NCBI GenBank assembly: GCA_963676795.2
Contig: CAXXTB010000002.1
Span: forward strand, 288,001 to 352,000
Length of the DNA stretch: 64,000 nt
Source: Geopsychrobacteraceae bacterium
Lineage (GTDB): Bacteria; Desulfobacterota; Desulfuromonadia; Desulfuromonadales; Geopsychrobacteraceae
Direction of reading: 5' to 3'
Of the stretch, positions 11,384 to 21,385 are shown piece by piece. The translations under genes were made by a program, and so were the position numbers. Each line of letters opens with the position of its first letter. The first letter of the stretch is position 1. The notes beneath the pieces are model-generated. The model saw nothing but the letters and a program-made list of their open reading frames with translations. It was not told the DNA's origin and made no database searches.

Positions 11384-13060
11384 TTAGAGTTCAAGAATGA
11401 CCGGGATAATCAGGGGGCGGCGGGCGATCCGTTTGTTGAAACAGCGTCGCAGAACCTTGCGGACTTCAACCCGCAGCTCTTCCCAGTCGGCGACCATCTC
11501 CAGGCTGTGCTCCTGGAGCAGTTCGCAGACCGCCAGCCGCGCCTCTTCGAGGAGCAGGGCGCCCTCTTCCGTCTCCTCGGGGACGAACCCCTTGGTAAAT
11601 ATCTCCGGTCCCTGGACAATCTCACCGCTCGACTGGTTGATGGCCAGCATCAGGATGACCAGGCCGTGGTTGGCCAGGTGGCGACGGTCGCGCAGCTCCA
11701 TGCTGCCGACATCGCCAACCCCCTTGCCGTCGACCAGGATCCGTCCGGTTTCAAAGCAGGAATCAATGGCGAAGCTGTCTGCACCGATGGCCAGCTTCTG
11801 GCCGTTTTCAAGGATCAGGGTATTTTCTTTCGCCAGACCCATCGAGACGGCCAACTGGGAATGTTTGACCAGATGCCGGTACTCGCCGTGGATCGGCACG
11901 AAATAGCGTGGTTTGACCAAGCTGTGGATCAGTTTCAGCTCTTCCTGGCTGGCGTGACCTGACACGTGGACCTCGCTGGTTTTTTCGTAGATGACTTCGG
12001 CTCCGCGGCGGTACAGATTGTTGATCAGGTCGCTGATCGCTTTTTCATTACCGGGAATGAATTTGGACGAGAGGATGACCGTGTCGCCACGGGTCAGTTC
12101 GATCTGTTTATGATCGCCCAGGGCGATGCGCATTAGTGAGCTTAAGGGCTCTCCCTGGCTGCCGGTGGTGATGATCAGGACCTGTTCAGGCGGCAGATCG
12201 CGCATCTCGCGCAGGGTGATGAACTGGTCTTCCGATATCGACAGGTAACCGAGCTGGCGGGCGATATCGATGTTGCTGATCATGCTGCGGCCGTTGATCA
12301 GCAGCTTGCGTCCAGCCAGTTTGGCCGCATCGGCAATCTGTTGAATGCGGTGGATGTTGGATGAGAAGGTTGCCACGATCACCCGTCCGGCACACTGGGG
12401 GATCAGTTCGTCGAGGACCTTGCCGACGCTCTTCTCCGACAGTGTGTGTCCTTCGTTCTCGACATTGGTCGAGTCGGCCATCAGCAGCAGGACTCCTTCG
12501 TCGCCCAGCTCGCTGAGGCGGGCGAGGTCGGTGGTCTGACCGTCGACCGGCGTTGGATCGATCTTGAAATCGCCCGTGTGGACAATGGTTCCGAGCCCGG
12601 TCTTGATGGCCAGCCCGATACCGTCGACGATGGAATGGGCCACTCTGAACGGTTCGATGTTAAACGGCCCAAGATCAAAGGCATGGCGGGGCGTGATGGT
12701 GACCAACTCGACCTGGTGGTCAAGTTCGAACTCCTTGAGCTTGTTGCGCAACAGCCCCAGCGTCAGGGTAGTGGCGTAAACAGTGGGGCAGCCGAGTTTT
12801 TTCCACAGGTAGGGGATTGCGCCGATATGGTCTTCGTGACCATGGGTCAGCAGCAGACCGACGATATCTTCCTGACGCTGCTCAAGCAGATTGATGTCCG
12901 GCAGCACCAGGTCGATACCGAACATATAGGCTTCGGGGAACATCAGGCCACAGTCGATGAGCAGGATTTTGCCAGCGTACTCGAGGCCCAGCATGTTCAT
13001 GCCGATCTCGCCCAGGCCACCGAAAGGCAACAGGTAGAGGTTGTCGGAGCTGTTCGTCAT
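11384..13060 (-). CDS. rnj: Ribonuclease J
   Basis: GGLGEIGMN, THGHEDHIG, HTGDFK, HVSGHA, PIHGEYRH motifs. Confidence 0.95.
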   Translation of the reverse strand: MTNSSDNLYLLPFGGLGEIGMNMLGLEYAGKILLIDCGLMFPEAYMFGIDLVLPDINLLEQRQEDIVGLLLTHGHEDHIGAIPYLWKKLGCPTVYATTLTLGLLRNKLKEFELDHQVELVTITPRHAFDLGPFNIEPFRVAHSIVDGIGLAIKTGLGTIVHTGDFKIDPTPVDGQTTDLARLSELGDEGVLLLMADSTNVENEGHTLSEKSVGKVLDELIPQCAGRVIVATFSSNIHRIQQIADAAKLAGRKLLINGRSMISNIDIARQLGYLSISEDQFITLREMRDLPPEQVLIITTGSQGEPLSSLMRIALGDHKQIELTRGDTVILSSKFIPGNEKAISDLINNLYRRGAEVIYEKTSEVHVSGHASQEELKLIHSLVKPRYFVPIHGEYRHLVKHSQLAVSMGLAKENTLILENGQKLAIGADSFAIDSCFETGRILVDGKGVGDVGSMELRDRRHLANHGLVILMLAINQSSGEIVQGPEIFTKGFVPEETEEGALLLEEARLAVCELLQEHSLEMVADWEELRVEVRKVLRRCFNKRIARRPLIIPVILEL

Positions 13061-13767
13061 GAATGGCTTTCCTGCCCCAGGTTGGCGGCGATCTGATCAT
13101 GAATGCGCTCGGTGATTTCATCCATCTGGCTATTCTCTATATTGGCCAAGTCGAGCGCCGGGGAAAAGATCACATCGATCTGTGACCCATGGATTTTCAG
13201 GCTGTCTTTCTGCATGACATCGTAACTGCCGCGGATCGTGACCGGAATAATCGGGACCTTGGCTTTCATGGCGAGCAGCAGGGCGCCCTTTTTGAAGGGT
13301 TGCAGTTTGCCGTCCGGAGTTCTGGTCCCTTCCGGAAAGATAATGACTGAAGCTCCGTCCTGAATCCTTTGGGCCGCGGCGTTGATGCTGTGCATCGCTT
13401 TGCGCCGATCGCTGCGGTCGATGGGAATATAGCCACTGCGCTTCATCGCCAGACCGAATACCGGGATTTTGAACAGCTCCTGTTTGGCCAGCCAGCGAAA
13501 CTGCAGAGGCAGCCCGGCATAGAGAATCGGAATGTCAAAATTGCTCTGATGGTTGGAAACGTAGATTACCGGCTGATCGCGAAGAATGTATTCAGCTCCG
13601 ATGACGTTGACCTTCAGTCCGGCCAGGAATGCACAGCCTTTGCCCCAAACGATGCCGACCCGGTGCGCGGCGTTGTTAGAGCCGAGCAGGGAGCCGAGGA
13701 TGGCCACGGTCAGATTGATCGCGGTCCAGGGAAAGAACAGCAGGTAGAATATAATTGTACGTAACAC
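13057..13767 (-). CDS. plsC: 1-acyl-sn-glycerol-3-phosphate acyltransferase
   Basis: NHQSNFD (NHxxxxD) and FPEGTR motifs. Confidence 0.9.
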   Translation of the reverse strand: MLRTIIFYLLFFPWTAINLTVAILGSLLGSNNAAHRVGIVWGKGCAFLAGLKVNVIGAEYILRDQPVIYVSNHQSNFDIPILYAGLPLQFRWLAKQELFKIPVFGLAMKRSGYIPIDRSDRRKAMHSINAAAQRIQDGASVIIFPEGTRTPDGKLQPFKKGALLLAMKAKVPIIPVTIRGSYDVMQKDSLKIHGSQIDVIFSPALDLANIENSQMDEITERIHDQIAANLGQESHS

Positions 13768-13975
13768 TCGATTTTGTCTCCCGTAAAATATCGTGCGACA
13801 GCATACTGATTATTTCCAGCTCAGGTCAATCTGATCGTTGCGATTTGATTTTTGGGTCATTTGTTTAAGGTTATCATTGTCGGTACTATATCAGTCTTTG
13901 ATGAGAGAGAGTATCAACTAGATCGTTGAGCGGAAACGGTTTGCGGGACTGGTTTGCCGATCTACTCGCAGATAT

Positions 13976-14004
13976 TTGACCTTCTGGTTAATTCACGTTA
14001 TGAT
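13976..14004 (+). promoter_or_regulatory. Sigma-70 promoter upstream of the proVWX leader
   Basis: TTGACC-17 nt-TATGAT. Confidence 0.65.
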
Positions 14005-14326
14005 TATTGCTTGGGCGGCATCCAGCCAGGATGTTCCGACCCGGTCCCGCAAGGCGATCGTTTAAGAGGTTTACCCCTGGTGTTCCTCGAAGATCCCTTA
14101 TCAATCAGAGTTGCGCCCGATTTGAGCTGTCCAGCTGAACCGGGTCGCGGGTCGCTCTGTCCGCTTAAAAAACTTAATACGTTCGTTTTTGTTTTATTTC
14201 TGCCGCGCTCTGCTGAAAAGCAGGCGACTCTTTACCCTCGTCCGCTTTTCCTCCGGCCATATTTCCATATGCAGCAGCGCACGGTTTTAATAATTTATTC
14301 AAGTTGCTGTTTTATAAGGAAAATGT

Positions 14327-15568
14327 ATGGAACAAGAAGTGAAAGTCAGCGTCCGCAATCTCTATAAGATATTCGGACCCCACCCCAAAAAAGCCCTCAA
14401 GCTCCTTGCCGACGGGCTGACCAAAGAAGAAATCTTTGCCAAAACCGATACAACCGTCGGTGTTCAGCAGGCCAGTTTCGATATCTACAGTGGAGAAATT
14501 TTCGTCATCATGGGGCTGTCAGGCTCAGGAAAATCGACCATGGTGCGGATGCTCAACCGTTTGATCGAGCCGACCTCGGGAGCGGTTCTGATCGATGGTG
14601 AGGATATCACCAAGATGGCGGATGATCAGCTGGTCAAGCTGCGGCGCAAAAAGATGAGCATGGTTTTTCAGTCCTTTGCCCTGATGCCCCATCTGACGGT
14701 ACTTCAGAATGCCGCCTTCGGTCTCGAGCTGGATGGTGTTGATAAAACCGTCCGGGAGGAACGGGCGCTGAAAGCGCTGGAGCAGGTCGGCCTGGAGGCC
14801 TGGGCGCAGAGCAAGCCGAATGAACTATCCGGCGGGATGCAGCAGCGGGTCGGTCTGGCGCGTGGCCTCGCCGTCGATCCGGATATTCTGCTCATGGACG
14901 AAGCTTTTTCAGCTCTGGATCCATTGATCCGTACCGAGATGCAGGATGAACTTCTCAAGCTTCAGGCCAAAGCACAGCGGACCATCGTTTTCATTTCTCA
15001 CGATCTGGATGAAGCGATGCGCATTGGTGACCGGATTGCGATCATGGAAGGGGGCAACGTGGTCCAGGTCGGTACGCCTGAAGAGATTCTCCAGAATCCG
15101 GCCAATGACTATGTCCGCGCCTTTTTCCGTGGTGTCGACCCGACGAACATCCTGACCGCTGCGGATATTGCCCGGGATACCCAGGTCACGGTTATCCGGC
15201 ACCCGCATGAGAGCCCCCGCGCCGCCCTGCAGCGGTTGATCAATCATGACCGTGACTATGGCTATGTCCTTGACGCGGAGCGTCGTTTTGTCGGTGTTGT
15301 TTCCACCGATTCTATTCGCGAACTGCTTGACAGCGACAGTGAGAATAAAAAACTCAGCGACGCCTTTCTGTCAGAGGCCTGCTGCCGTCAAGCCGGCGAA
15401 TCGATGCAGGATATTCTGCCTGACATCACCAGCTATCCCTGGCCGCTGCCGATTGTCAATGAACAGGGCAAGTACCTTGGGGTCATTTCCAAGAACCAGT
15501 TTCTCAAGACCCTGCATCGTGAGCAGGTGGATGTTGAAGAGAGTGTGACTACGGAGCCGAGCAACTGA
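14327..15568 (+). CDS. proV: Glycine betaine/proline ABC transporter ATP-binding subunit
   Basis: [35 protein letters not shown]-terminal CBS-like region. Confidence 0.93.
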   Translation: MEQEVKVSVRNLYKIFGPHPKKALKLLADGLTKEEIFAKTDTTVGVQQASFDIYSGEIFVIMGLSGSGKSTMVRMLNRLIEPTSGAVLIDGEDITKMADDQLVKLRRKKMSMVFQSFALMPHLTVLQNAAFGLELDGVDKTVREERALKALEQVGLEAWAQSKPNELSGGMQQRVGLARGLAVDPDILLMDEAFSALDPLIRTEMQDELLKLQAKAQRTIVFISHDLDEAMRIGDRIAIMEGGNVVQVGTPEEILQNPANDYVRAFFRGVDPTNILTAADIARDTQVTVIRHPHESPRAALQRLINHDRDYGYVLDAERRFVGVVSTDSIRELLDSDSENKKLSDAFLSEACCRQAGESMQDILPDITSYPWPLPIVNEQGKYLGVISKNQFLKTLHREQVDVEESVTTEPSN

Positions 15569-16407
15569 TGAGATTCCTTAATTTTGAAGACCAGCTAATT
15601 CCCCTAGATCAATGGATCCAGCAGTTTGTCGACTGGCTGGTTATGAACTACCGCGACTTTTTCCAGATCATCAAGGTTCCCCTCGACCTTATCTTGAACG
15701 GGCTGCAGTGGGTCCTGATGACCCTGCCACCCGTTGTCGTCATTCTGATCTTTATCGTTCTGGCCTGGCGTTATGCAAGCAAGGTCGTTGCTGTCTTCAG
15801 CCTGGTGACCTTTATGCTGATCGGTTACCTGGGCTTGTGGGAAGACACTATGACGACTCTGGCGATGGTCATCTGCGCTGTTATCGTCTGTGCCGTAGTC
15901 GGAATTCCGCTTGGAATCATGGCTGGGCGCAGTGACCGCTTCGAGATGATCCTGCGCCCATTCTTAGACGCCATGCAGACAACTCCCGCCTTCGTTTATC
16001 TTGTTCCTGTGGTTATGTTGTTCAGTATTGGTACTGTTTCAGGAATTCTGGCAACGATATTTTTTGCTCTGCCACCGATTATCCGTCTCACCAGCCTGGG
16101 CATTCGCCAGGTCCATCCCGAACTGGTCGAAGCCGCCATCGCTTTCGGTGCGACTCCCTGGCAGGTGCTGCGTCGGGTGCAGTTCCCGCTGGCCCTGCCT
16201 TCGGTCATGGCTGGCCTCAATCAGACCATCATGATGGCCCTGTCGATGGTCGTTATCGCTTCCATGATCGGTGCCGGAGGCTTGGGCAATCCGGTTGTTC
16301 AAGGACTGAATACGCTGGAGATCGGCCTGGCAACGATCGGTGGTCTGGCTATCGTTCTGCTGGCCATGGTCTTGGACCGCATCACCCAGGGCTTTGGCAA
16401 AAGATGA
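15568..16407 (+). CDS. proW: Glycine betaine/proline ABC transporter permease
   Basis: LDAMQTTPAFVYL, EAAIAFG (EAA loop), GLNQTIMMALSMVVIASMIG. Confidence 0.93.
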   Translation: MRFLNFEDQLIPLDQWIQQFVDWLVMNYRDFFQIIKVPLDLILNGLQWVLMTLPPVVVILIFIVLAWRYASKVVAVFSLVTFMLIGYLGLWEDTMTTLAMVICAVIVCAVVGIPLGIMAGRSDRFEMILRPFLDAMQTTPAFVYLVPVVMLFSIGTVSGILATIFFALPPIIRLTSLGIRQVHPELVEAAIAFGATPWQVLRRVQFPLALPSVMAGLNQTIMMALSMVVIASMIGAGGLGNPVVQGLNTLEIGLATIGGLAIVLLAMVLDRITQGFGKR

Positions 16408-16597
16408 TCGCGTCGCAAAAACTCGCCAACGGCTGTGTTGCTGTAATGATCTCGCTGCTTCGACGTAGATAGGTACGTCTCATTGCTCAATCATTACGTG
16501 CCTAGCATTTGACGCTTTTTGCTTAGCCATTCGTTTTGACACTGTTTGAAAACGACAGGTTAAATCCACAACCTATAAATCAACCAAAGGAGACAAC

Positions 16598-17617
16598 ATG
16601 AAACGTATTTTGTTCGCAGTGCTGATCCTCTGCCTGGCGGCAACCGTCCAGGCCGCTCCGAATCAGCCGGGAAAAGGTGTCAAGGTTCAACCGGCCCGGG
16701 CAACCTGGAATACCGGCTATTTCCAGGAGGCCCTGGTTCGTGCCGGGCTTGAAGAGCTCGGCTACAAGGTCAGCAAGCCAAAAGAGTTGCAGAACCCGAT
16801 CTTTTACCAGTCTGTCGCTCTTGGTGATGTCGATTACTGGACCAATGGCTGGTTTCCGATGCACGATAGCCAGTTGCCAAAGAATTTTTATTCCAAGGCT
16901 GAGAAGGTCGGTTATGTCGCCAAGGCTGGTGGGATGCAGGGCTACCTGGTTTCCAAACGCGATGTCGAGAAGTATGGCATCAAATCACTGGAGGACTTCA
17001 AGCGCCCCGAAGTCATCAAGGCGTTTGACGCCAATGGTGACGGGAAGGCCGACCTGACTGCCTGTCCTCCGGGCTGGGGTTGTGAAAAAGTGATCAGCCA
17101 CCACCTTGAGGCTTACGGTCTGGAGAACTACATCAACCCGGTCAAGGCCTCCTATTCGGCCAGCATGGCGGATGCCATCGCCCGCTACAACGCGGGAAAA
17201 CCGGCTTTCTTCTATACCTGGACACCAAACTGGACCGTATTCAAACTCAAGCCGGGACAGGATGTTGAGTGGATCAACGTTCCGGAAATCAAGCCAACCG
17301 AGGCGCAGCAGAGCGCGGCAGACAGAATGACCGTTTCGGGTGTCGATGGAGCAGTGTCCGATCCGCTCAAGGCTGGTTTTGTTGTCAGTGACATTCAGGT
17401 TGTCGCCAACAAGAAGTTTCTGGCCAAGAACCCTGCGGCCGGGAAATTTCTCGAGGTTTTCAACCTTTCTCTGTCCGACATCAGCGAGCAGAACACCCGT
17501 ATGGAGAATGGCGAGAAGTCTCAGAGGGATATCGAGCGTCATGCGCAGGAGTGGATCGCCGCTCATAAAGAGCAGTGGAATTCCTGGCTTGAGGCCGCCC
17601 GCGCTGCTGCAAAATAG
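16598..17617 (+). CDS. proX: Glycine betaine/proline ABC transporter periplasmic binding protein
   Basis: Signal peptide, W.P.H, FDANGDGKADLTACPPGWGC, YTWTP motifs as in ProX. Confidence 0.9.
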   Translation: MKRILFAVLILCLAATVQAAPNQPGKGVKVQPARATWNTGYFQEALVRAGLEELGYKVSKPKELQNPIFYQSVALGDVDYWTNGWFPMHDSQLPKNFYSKAEKVGYVAKAGGMQGYLVSKRDVEKYGIKSLEDFKRPEVIKAFDANGDGKADLTACPPGWGCEKVISHHLEAYGLENYINPVKASYSASMADAIARYNAGKPAFFYTWTPNWTVFKLKPGQDVEWINVPEIKPTEAQQSAADRMTVSGVDGAVSDPLKAGFVVSDIQVVANKKFLAKNPAAGKFLEVFNLSLSDISEQNTRMENGEKSQRDIERHAQEWIAAHKEQWNSWLEAARAAAK

Positions 17618-17644
17618 TCAGCGGCCAGCATAGCAGAATACATA

Positions 17645-17674
17645 AGGCCCCTCAGCAAATGAGGGGCTTTTTTT
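17645..17674 (+). terminator. Intrinsic terminator after proX (convergent with MATE)
   Basis: gcccctca-gcaaa-tgaggggc followed by a T-run. Confidence 0.75.
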
Positions 17675-19058
17675 ATCCGTGAAAAGGCGGTTCGATGACT
17701 CTGATTTTTTTCCACGTCCCCTTATGGTAGCGCAGATAGAAGATGGCGCTGAAAGTCATAAAGACGCAGATCAGCAGAATCCATGCGTTCAGCGGATTCA
17801 GGTTCAGGGTTTTTAGCGAGATCAGCAGCAGCGGAATCAGCAACCAGTGCATGCAGACCGAGATCAGCATGGTCCAGAAGGTATCCCCGGCACCGCGCAG
17901 CGCACCGCTGAAAACAACCATGATCGCGTCCGCAAGTACGTAGAATGCAGCCAGGCGCAGCATGGTGGCGGCCAGCGGAAAGGCGGAGACGAAGAGGGGT
18001 CCCACATCGTCCGGCTTGAAAACATTGACAAGCAGATCCGGAATAGAGGCAAAGAGGATCAGGATCAGCAGCGAATAGCCAAAGGCCATTTTTAGCGCCG
18101 ACATGGTGGCCCGTGCTGCAGTTTCCACCTGACCTGCCCCCATGTAACGGCCGACCAGGCTGACGACACCGACCTGGATGCCCAGCAGCGGGACGAATGA
18201 GACCAGATCCCAGTTAAAGACTATAGTGACCGCTGTGGCTGTCACCGGTCCATCCGAATGAAAAATCAGGATGACGATATTGAAAGCGAGCAGGTTGAGA
18301 AACATTTCCAGCCCTGAAGGGGAACCGTAACGCAGTAGCTTTTTAAGCAGTTCAAAGTCAAGGTGAAAGGACTCGCTGATGCGGTAGCTGTTGCGGTTGT
18401 GTCTGTTGAAATAGGCAAAAAGCAGAATCAGCAGGCCGCAACTGCTGCTGGCCAGTGTTCCGTAGGCGGCCCCTTTCAGTCCCAGGGCTGGTAGCCCGAG
18501 ATGGCCGAAGATCAGGCAATAGTTGAAGAATATGTTAAGCAGCATGGTGATGAAGGTGGCAAACAGGACAATTCTGGTTTTACCGATCCCTGAGAAGAAA
18601 CTGCTCAGACAGGTGCGCAACAGAGCCGGCATGGCACCGTAAACGAGCAGGTTGAAATAGACTATCTGTAGAGGCAGTTGCTCGGCCGACACCCCGGTCA
18701 GTATAAAAAGTTTGTGAACCAGGGGACGAAAAAACAGCAACAGGGGAGCGGCAATCAGGGAAATTATTGCCGCCTGAAAGACCACCCGTGAACATTGCCT
18801 GGGCTGACCGGCCCCGAGGTACTGTGCGCTTAAGGCTGTGACATATCCGACCAGGCCGATGAAGAAGGTCATCAGCATGAAGCTGCTCAAGCCACCGCCC
18901 ATCGACGCGTTCATGGCTGTCGGGCTTAAGCGTGACAGAAACAGCCGGTCGGTAAAGATCAGTGCTGTTTCGCAGCCATGCGAGGCAACCATCGGCAGGG
19001 CGATGGCCAGCATCTCTCGGAATCCGCCGGGGAGCGGTGCTCTAACGGTCCTTTTCAT
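17673..19058 (-). CDS. MATE family efflux transporter
   Basis: 461 aa, about 12 TM segments, FTDRLFL, GALRGAGDT motifs. Confidence 0.9.
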   Translation of the reverse strand: MKRTVRAPLPGGFREMLAIALPMVASHGCETALIFTDRLFLSRLSPTAMNASMGGGLSSFMLMTFFIGLVGYVTALSAQYLGAGQPRQCSRVVFQAAIISLIAAPLLLFFRPLVHKLFILTGVSAEQLPLQIVYFNLLVYGAMPALLRTCLSSFFSGIGKTRIVLFATFITMLLNIFFNYCLIFGHLGLPALGLKGAAYGTLASSSCGLLILLFAYFNRHNRNSYRISESFHLDFELLKKLLRYGSPSGLEMFLNLLAFNIVILIFHSDGPVTATAVTIVFNWDLVSFVPLLGIQVGVVSLVGRYMGAGQVETAARATMSALKMAFGYSLLILILFASIPDLLVNVFKPDDVGPLFVSAFPLAATMLRLAAFYVLADAIMVVFSGALRGAGDTFWTMLISVCMHWLLIPLLLISLKTLNLNPLNAWILLICVFMTFSAIFYLRYHKGTWKKIRVIEPPFHG

Positions 19059-19059
19059 T

Positions 19060-19878
19060 TTATTGTGATTCCTGCCTGCTAAGTGATGATCTTTGGCGCT
19101 CCTGACCTAGTACCAGTGTGCCACAGCCTCCTTGCGCCTGCCTGCGCCAACGGTTGGCACGGCGGACATTGATCGTACTCCGTCTGAAAAACTCATGAAT
19201 TTCATCGATTCGAGCATTATCCGGGCTGCTGAAGGTCGAGCCTTCGACCGGGTTGCAGCTGAGCAGATGCAGGGTCGCATCGCTGAAGGGAGCGAGCCAC
19301 TCGGCAAGTTTCTGCAGCTGCTCCTGATTATCGTTGATGCCGCTCAGGAGCAGGTAGTTGAAGCCGATCCGGCGTCTCTGCCGTCTGCTCAGTTGCGGCC
19401 AGATCCGTTCTATCTCTGCCCGCAGTGCTGTTGTTCCCGGGCCGTTGGGGATCAGTTCTGTGTAGGTGCTCTCAACTGCTGAATGGAGTGAAAACATGAT
19501 ACCGTTGTGCGGCAGGCGGATCAGGTCGGCAACACGTTTTAAGGGGCTACCTGTCGTCGTAATTGATACGGGCAGATTCCGCTCCCGGCACTTCTGGATA
19601 AAACAGGACAGGTTGGCAAGATTGTGCAACGGTTCGCCGATGCCGGAGATGGTCAGACGTTTAGGCTTGATGCCCTGCTGATAACAGGCTTGCAGCTGCT
19701 TCTCCAGTTCTTCAGGCGTCAGGTTGCGCCTCAAGCCGAGCTGTCCGGATGCGCAGAATGGACAACCAATAGCGCAGCCGGCCTGACTTGAGAGGCAGAG
19801 GGTTTGACCGGGATACCAGACGGTTTCCACCTGCAGGCCGTCATCCAGGGTAACAACAAATTTTTGATTCTGATCCAT
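19060..19878 (-). CDS. RlmN/Cfr-like radical SAM protein (short form)
   Basis: TLCLSSQAGCAIGCPFCASG, RNLT..E, SGIGEP, FSLHS, C-terminal GGCGTL; start placed at the ATG at 19878 (ORF track extends to 20052). Confidence 0.75.
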   Translation of the reverse strand: MDQNQKFVVTLDDGLQVETVWYPGQTLCLSSQAGCAIGCPFCASGQLGLRRNLTPEELEKQLQACYQQGIKPKRLTISGIGEPLHNLANLSCFIQKCRERNLPVSITTTGSPLKRVADLIRLPHNGIMFSLHSAVESTYTELIPNGPGTTALRAEIERIWPQLSRRQRRRIGFNYLLLSGINDNQEQLQKLAEWLAPFSDATLHLLSCNPVEGSTFSSPDNARIDEIHEFFRRSTINVRRANRWRRQAQGGCGTLVLGQERQRSSLSRQESQ

Positions 19879-20521
19879 GTCCGATAGCTCATTTCTTGCT
19901 GCAAACCTGGAAAATCTACTCTTTTTCGCATGCAGCTGCAATTTGAATATTGGCGGATTGGCAAGGACCGTTTCCATCCGGAGTGATGGGATATTCTGTG
20001 TAGCGGAATGTAGAATCCACCAGCAGGGCCTCTGGAATAAAAACGATGGCACGGGCTCTTAGCAACGTTATTCTCGTATGTATATGAGAACCTGATTACG
20101 ATGGTTGCATTAGCGATAAAATAGATAGATAATTCCATGAAAACCGATAAAGCAATTAACAATGTTCTTTAAAAGCAAACGTTCAAAAAATAAACAAGCA
20201 ATAAAAAGGTGTTTCGGGTGGATGGCTAGGGTCTCAACCGCACGGAGACATTACGATTGTTGAGACAACATCGATAGTTTTTTGCCCGGAAATTGTTTAT
20301 AGCGGAAATGCGCTATTATGTTGCACGAGATCTGAAGTTGGTTTGCGTTGAGGATTTTTTTTCAGGTCGGGACAGCTGGACAGTCGTTTCTTTAGAGGAG
20401 AATAAAATTAATGAAAATATGTACCTTTTGTTTTTGAAAAAACTTTTAAAAATAGGAAATACGTTCTTAAAAAGAGAATGTTCATAAAAGAAAAAATAGT
20501 TAAAAAGATGAATCTTCTTTT

Positions 20522-21385
20522 TTATGCTCCATTTTCGCAGATCTCATCTAGGCAGCAGCGCATCATCCCATCTGCCGGGGGCGTTCCAGTCCACAGTTCG
20601 AAGTCTTTTTCGGCCTGCGACAACAGCATCCCAACAGCCACTATGGCTTTATGATTGTGTGCTCTGGCCTCGGAGACAAAAGGAGTATCTTCTGTTGAGC
20701 TAGAAACATCTAATGCACTCGCATTTTGTTTCAGGGATGTCCACGGGAGGTCGGAAATGCACTCCTCCTTTGCCCTGCTATCTATGGTGTTGATCATCAG
20801 ATCTGTCTTTCCTAAAACTGCAGCAATCTTGGAAGAAACGAAAGGCAAACTCTCGAATTGAGAATTCGGATAATGTCGTGAAAATTCATCTACAAGCTTT
20901 GCGGCACGTTCCGCTATCCGGTCAACGATATAGATCATTTTTACTTCGGCATTACATAGGGCAATGATTGCGGCACGACAAACAGCACCAGCACCAAGTA
21001 ATACAGCAGTTTGTCCTTTCGGAACCATTCCCAGATCCTGTTCAAGTATTTTGCTTATACTGTAAATGTCGGTGTTATAACCGCGCAAGCAGCCGTCCCG
21101 ATTGACAATAGTGGTCACCGCACCTGCATGGCGAGCAGTTTCGTCTAATTCGTCTAGATGAGAAATCGCAGTTTCTTTCAGGTTGGTCGTACAGCTTCCT
21201 CCCCAAAAATCCAGTACCCGCATCACATCAAGTGTTGCTCCCATCTTTGATTCAGGGATCTTCTCTGTGGCAACGACGGCATTGATGCCAGCATTCTTGA
21301 TAGCGGCTCCATGTATTAATGGGAGAATGGAATCAGCGCCAGAATCGCTGATAGTTAGTAATACCCTAGTTCCTGTGGTAATCAT
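20522..21385 (-). CDS. Divergent shikimate/quinate dehydrogenase (AroE-family) protein
   Basis: GAVTT (GAVNT), GYNTD, LLGAGAVCRA, GMLLSQA..FELWTG; N-terminal substrate motifs degenerate. Confidence 0.75.
   Translation of the reverse strand: MITTGTRVLLTISDSGADSILPLIHGAAIKNAGINAVVATEKIPESKMGATLDVMRVLDFWGGSCTTNLKETAISHLDELDETARHAGAVTTIVNRDGCLRGYNTDIYSISKILEQDLGMVPKGQTAVLLGAGAVCRAAIIALCNAEVKMIYIVDRIAERAAKLVDEFSRHYPNSQFESLPFVSSKIAAVLGKTDLMINTIDSRAKEECISDLPWTSLKQNASALDVSSSTEDTPFVSEARAHNHKAIVAVGMLLSQAEKDFELWTGTPPADGMMRCCLDEICENGA

Noticed and set aside
7308..13096. Long opposite-strand ORFs (e.g. 7308-8369, 9075-9944, 12446-13096)
   Set aside because: Antisense to well-supported genes in high-GC DNA, with no recognisable motifs.
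13954..14367. 137-aa ORF upstream of proV
   Set aside because: TTG start, spans the predicted promoter and has no protein motif; better explained as a structured leader.
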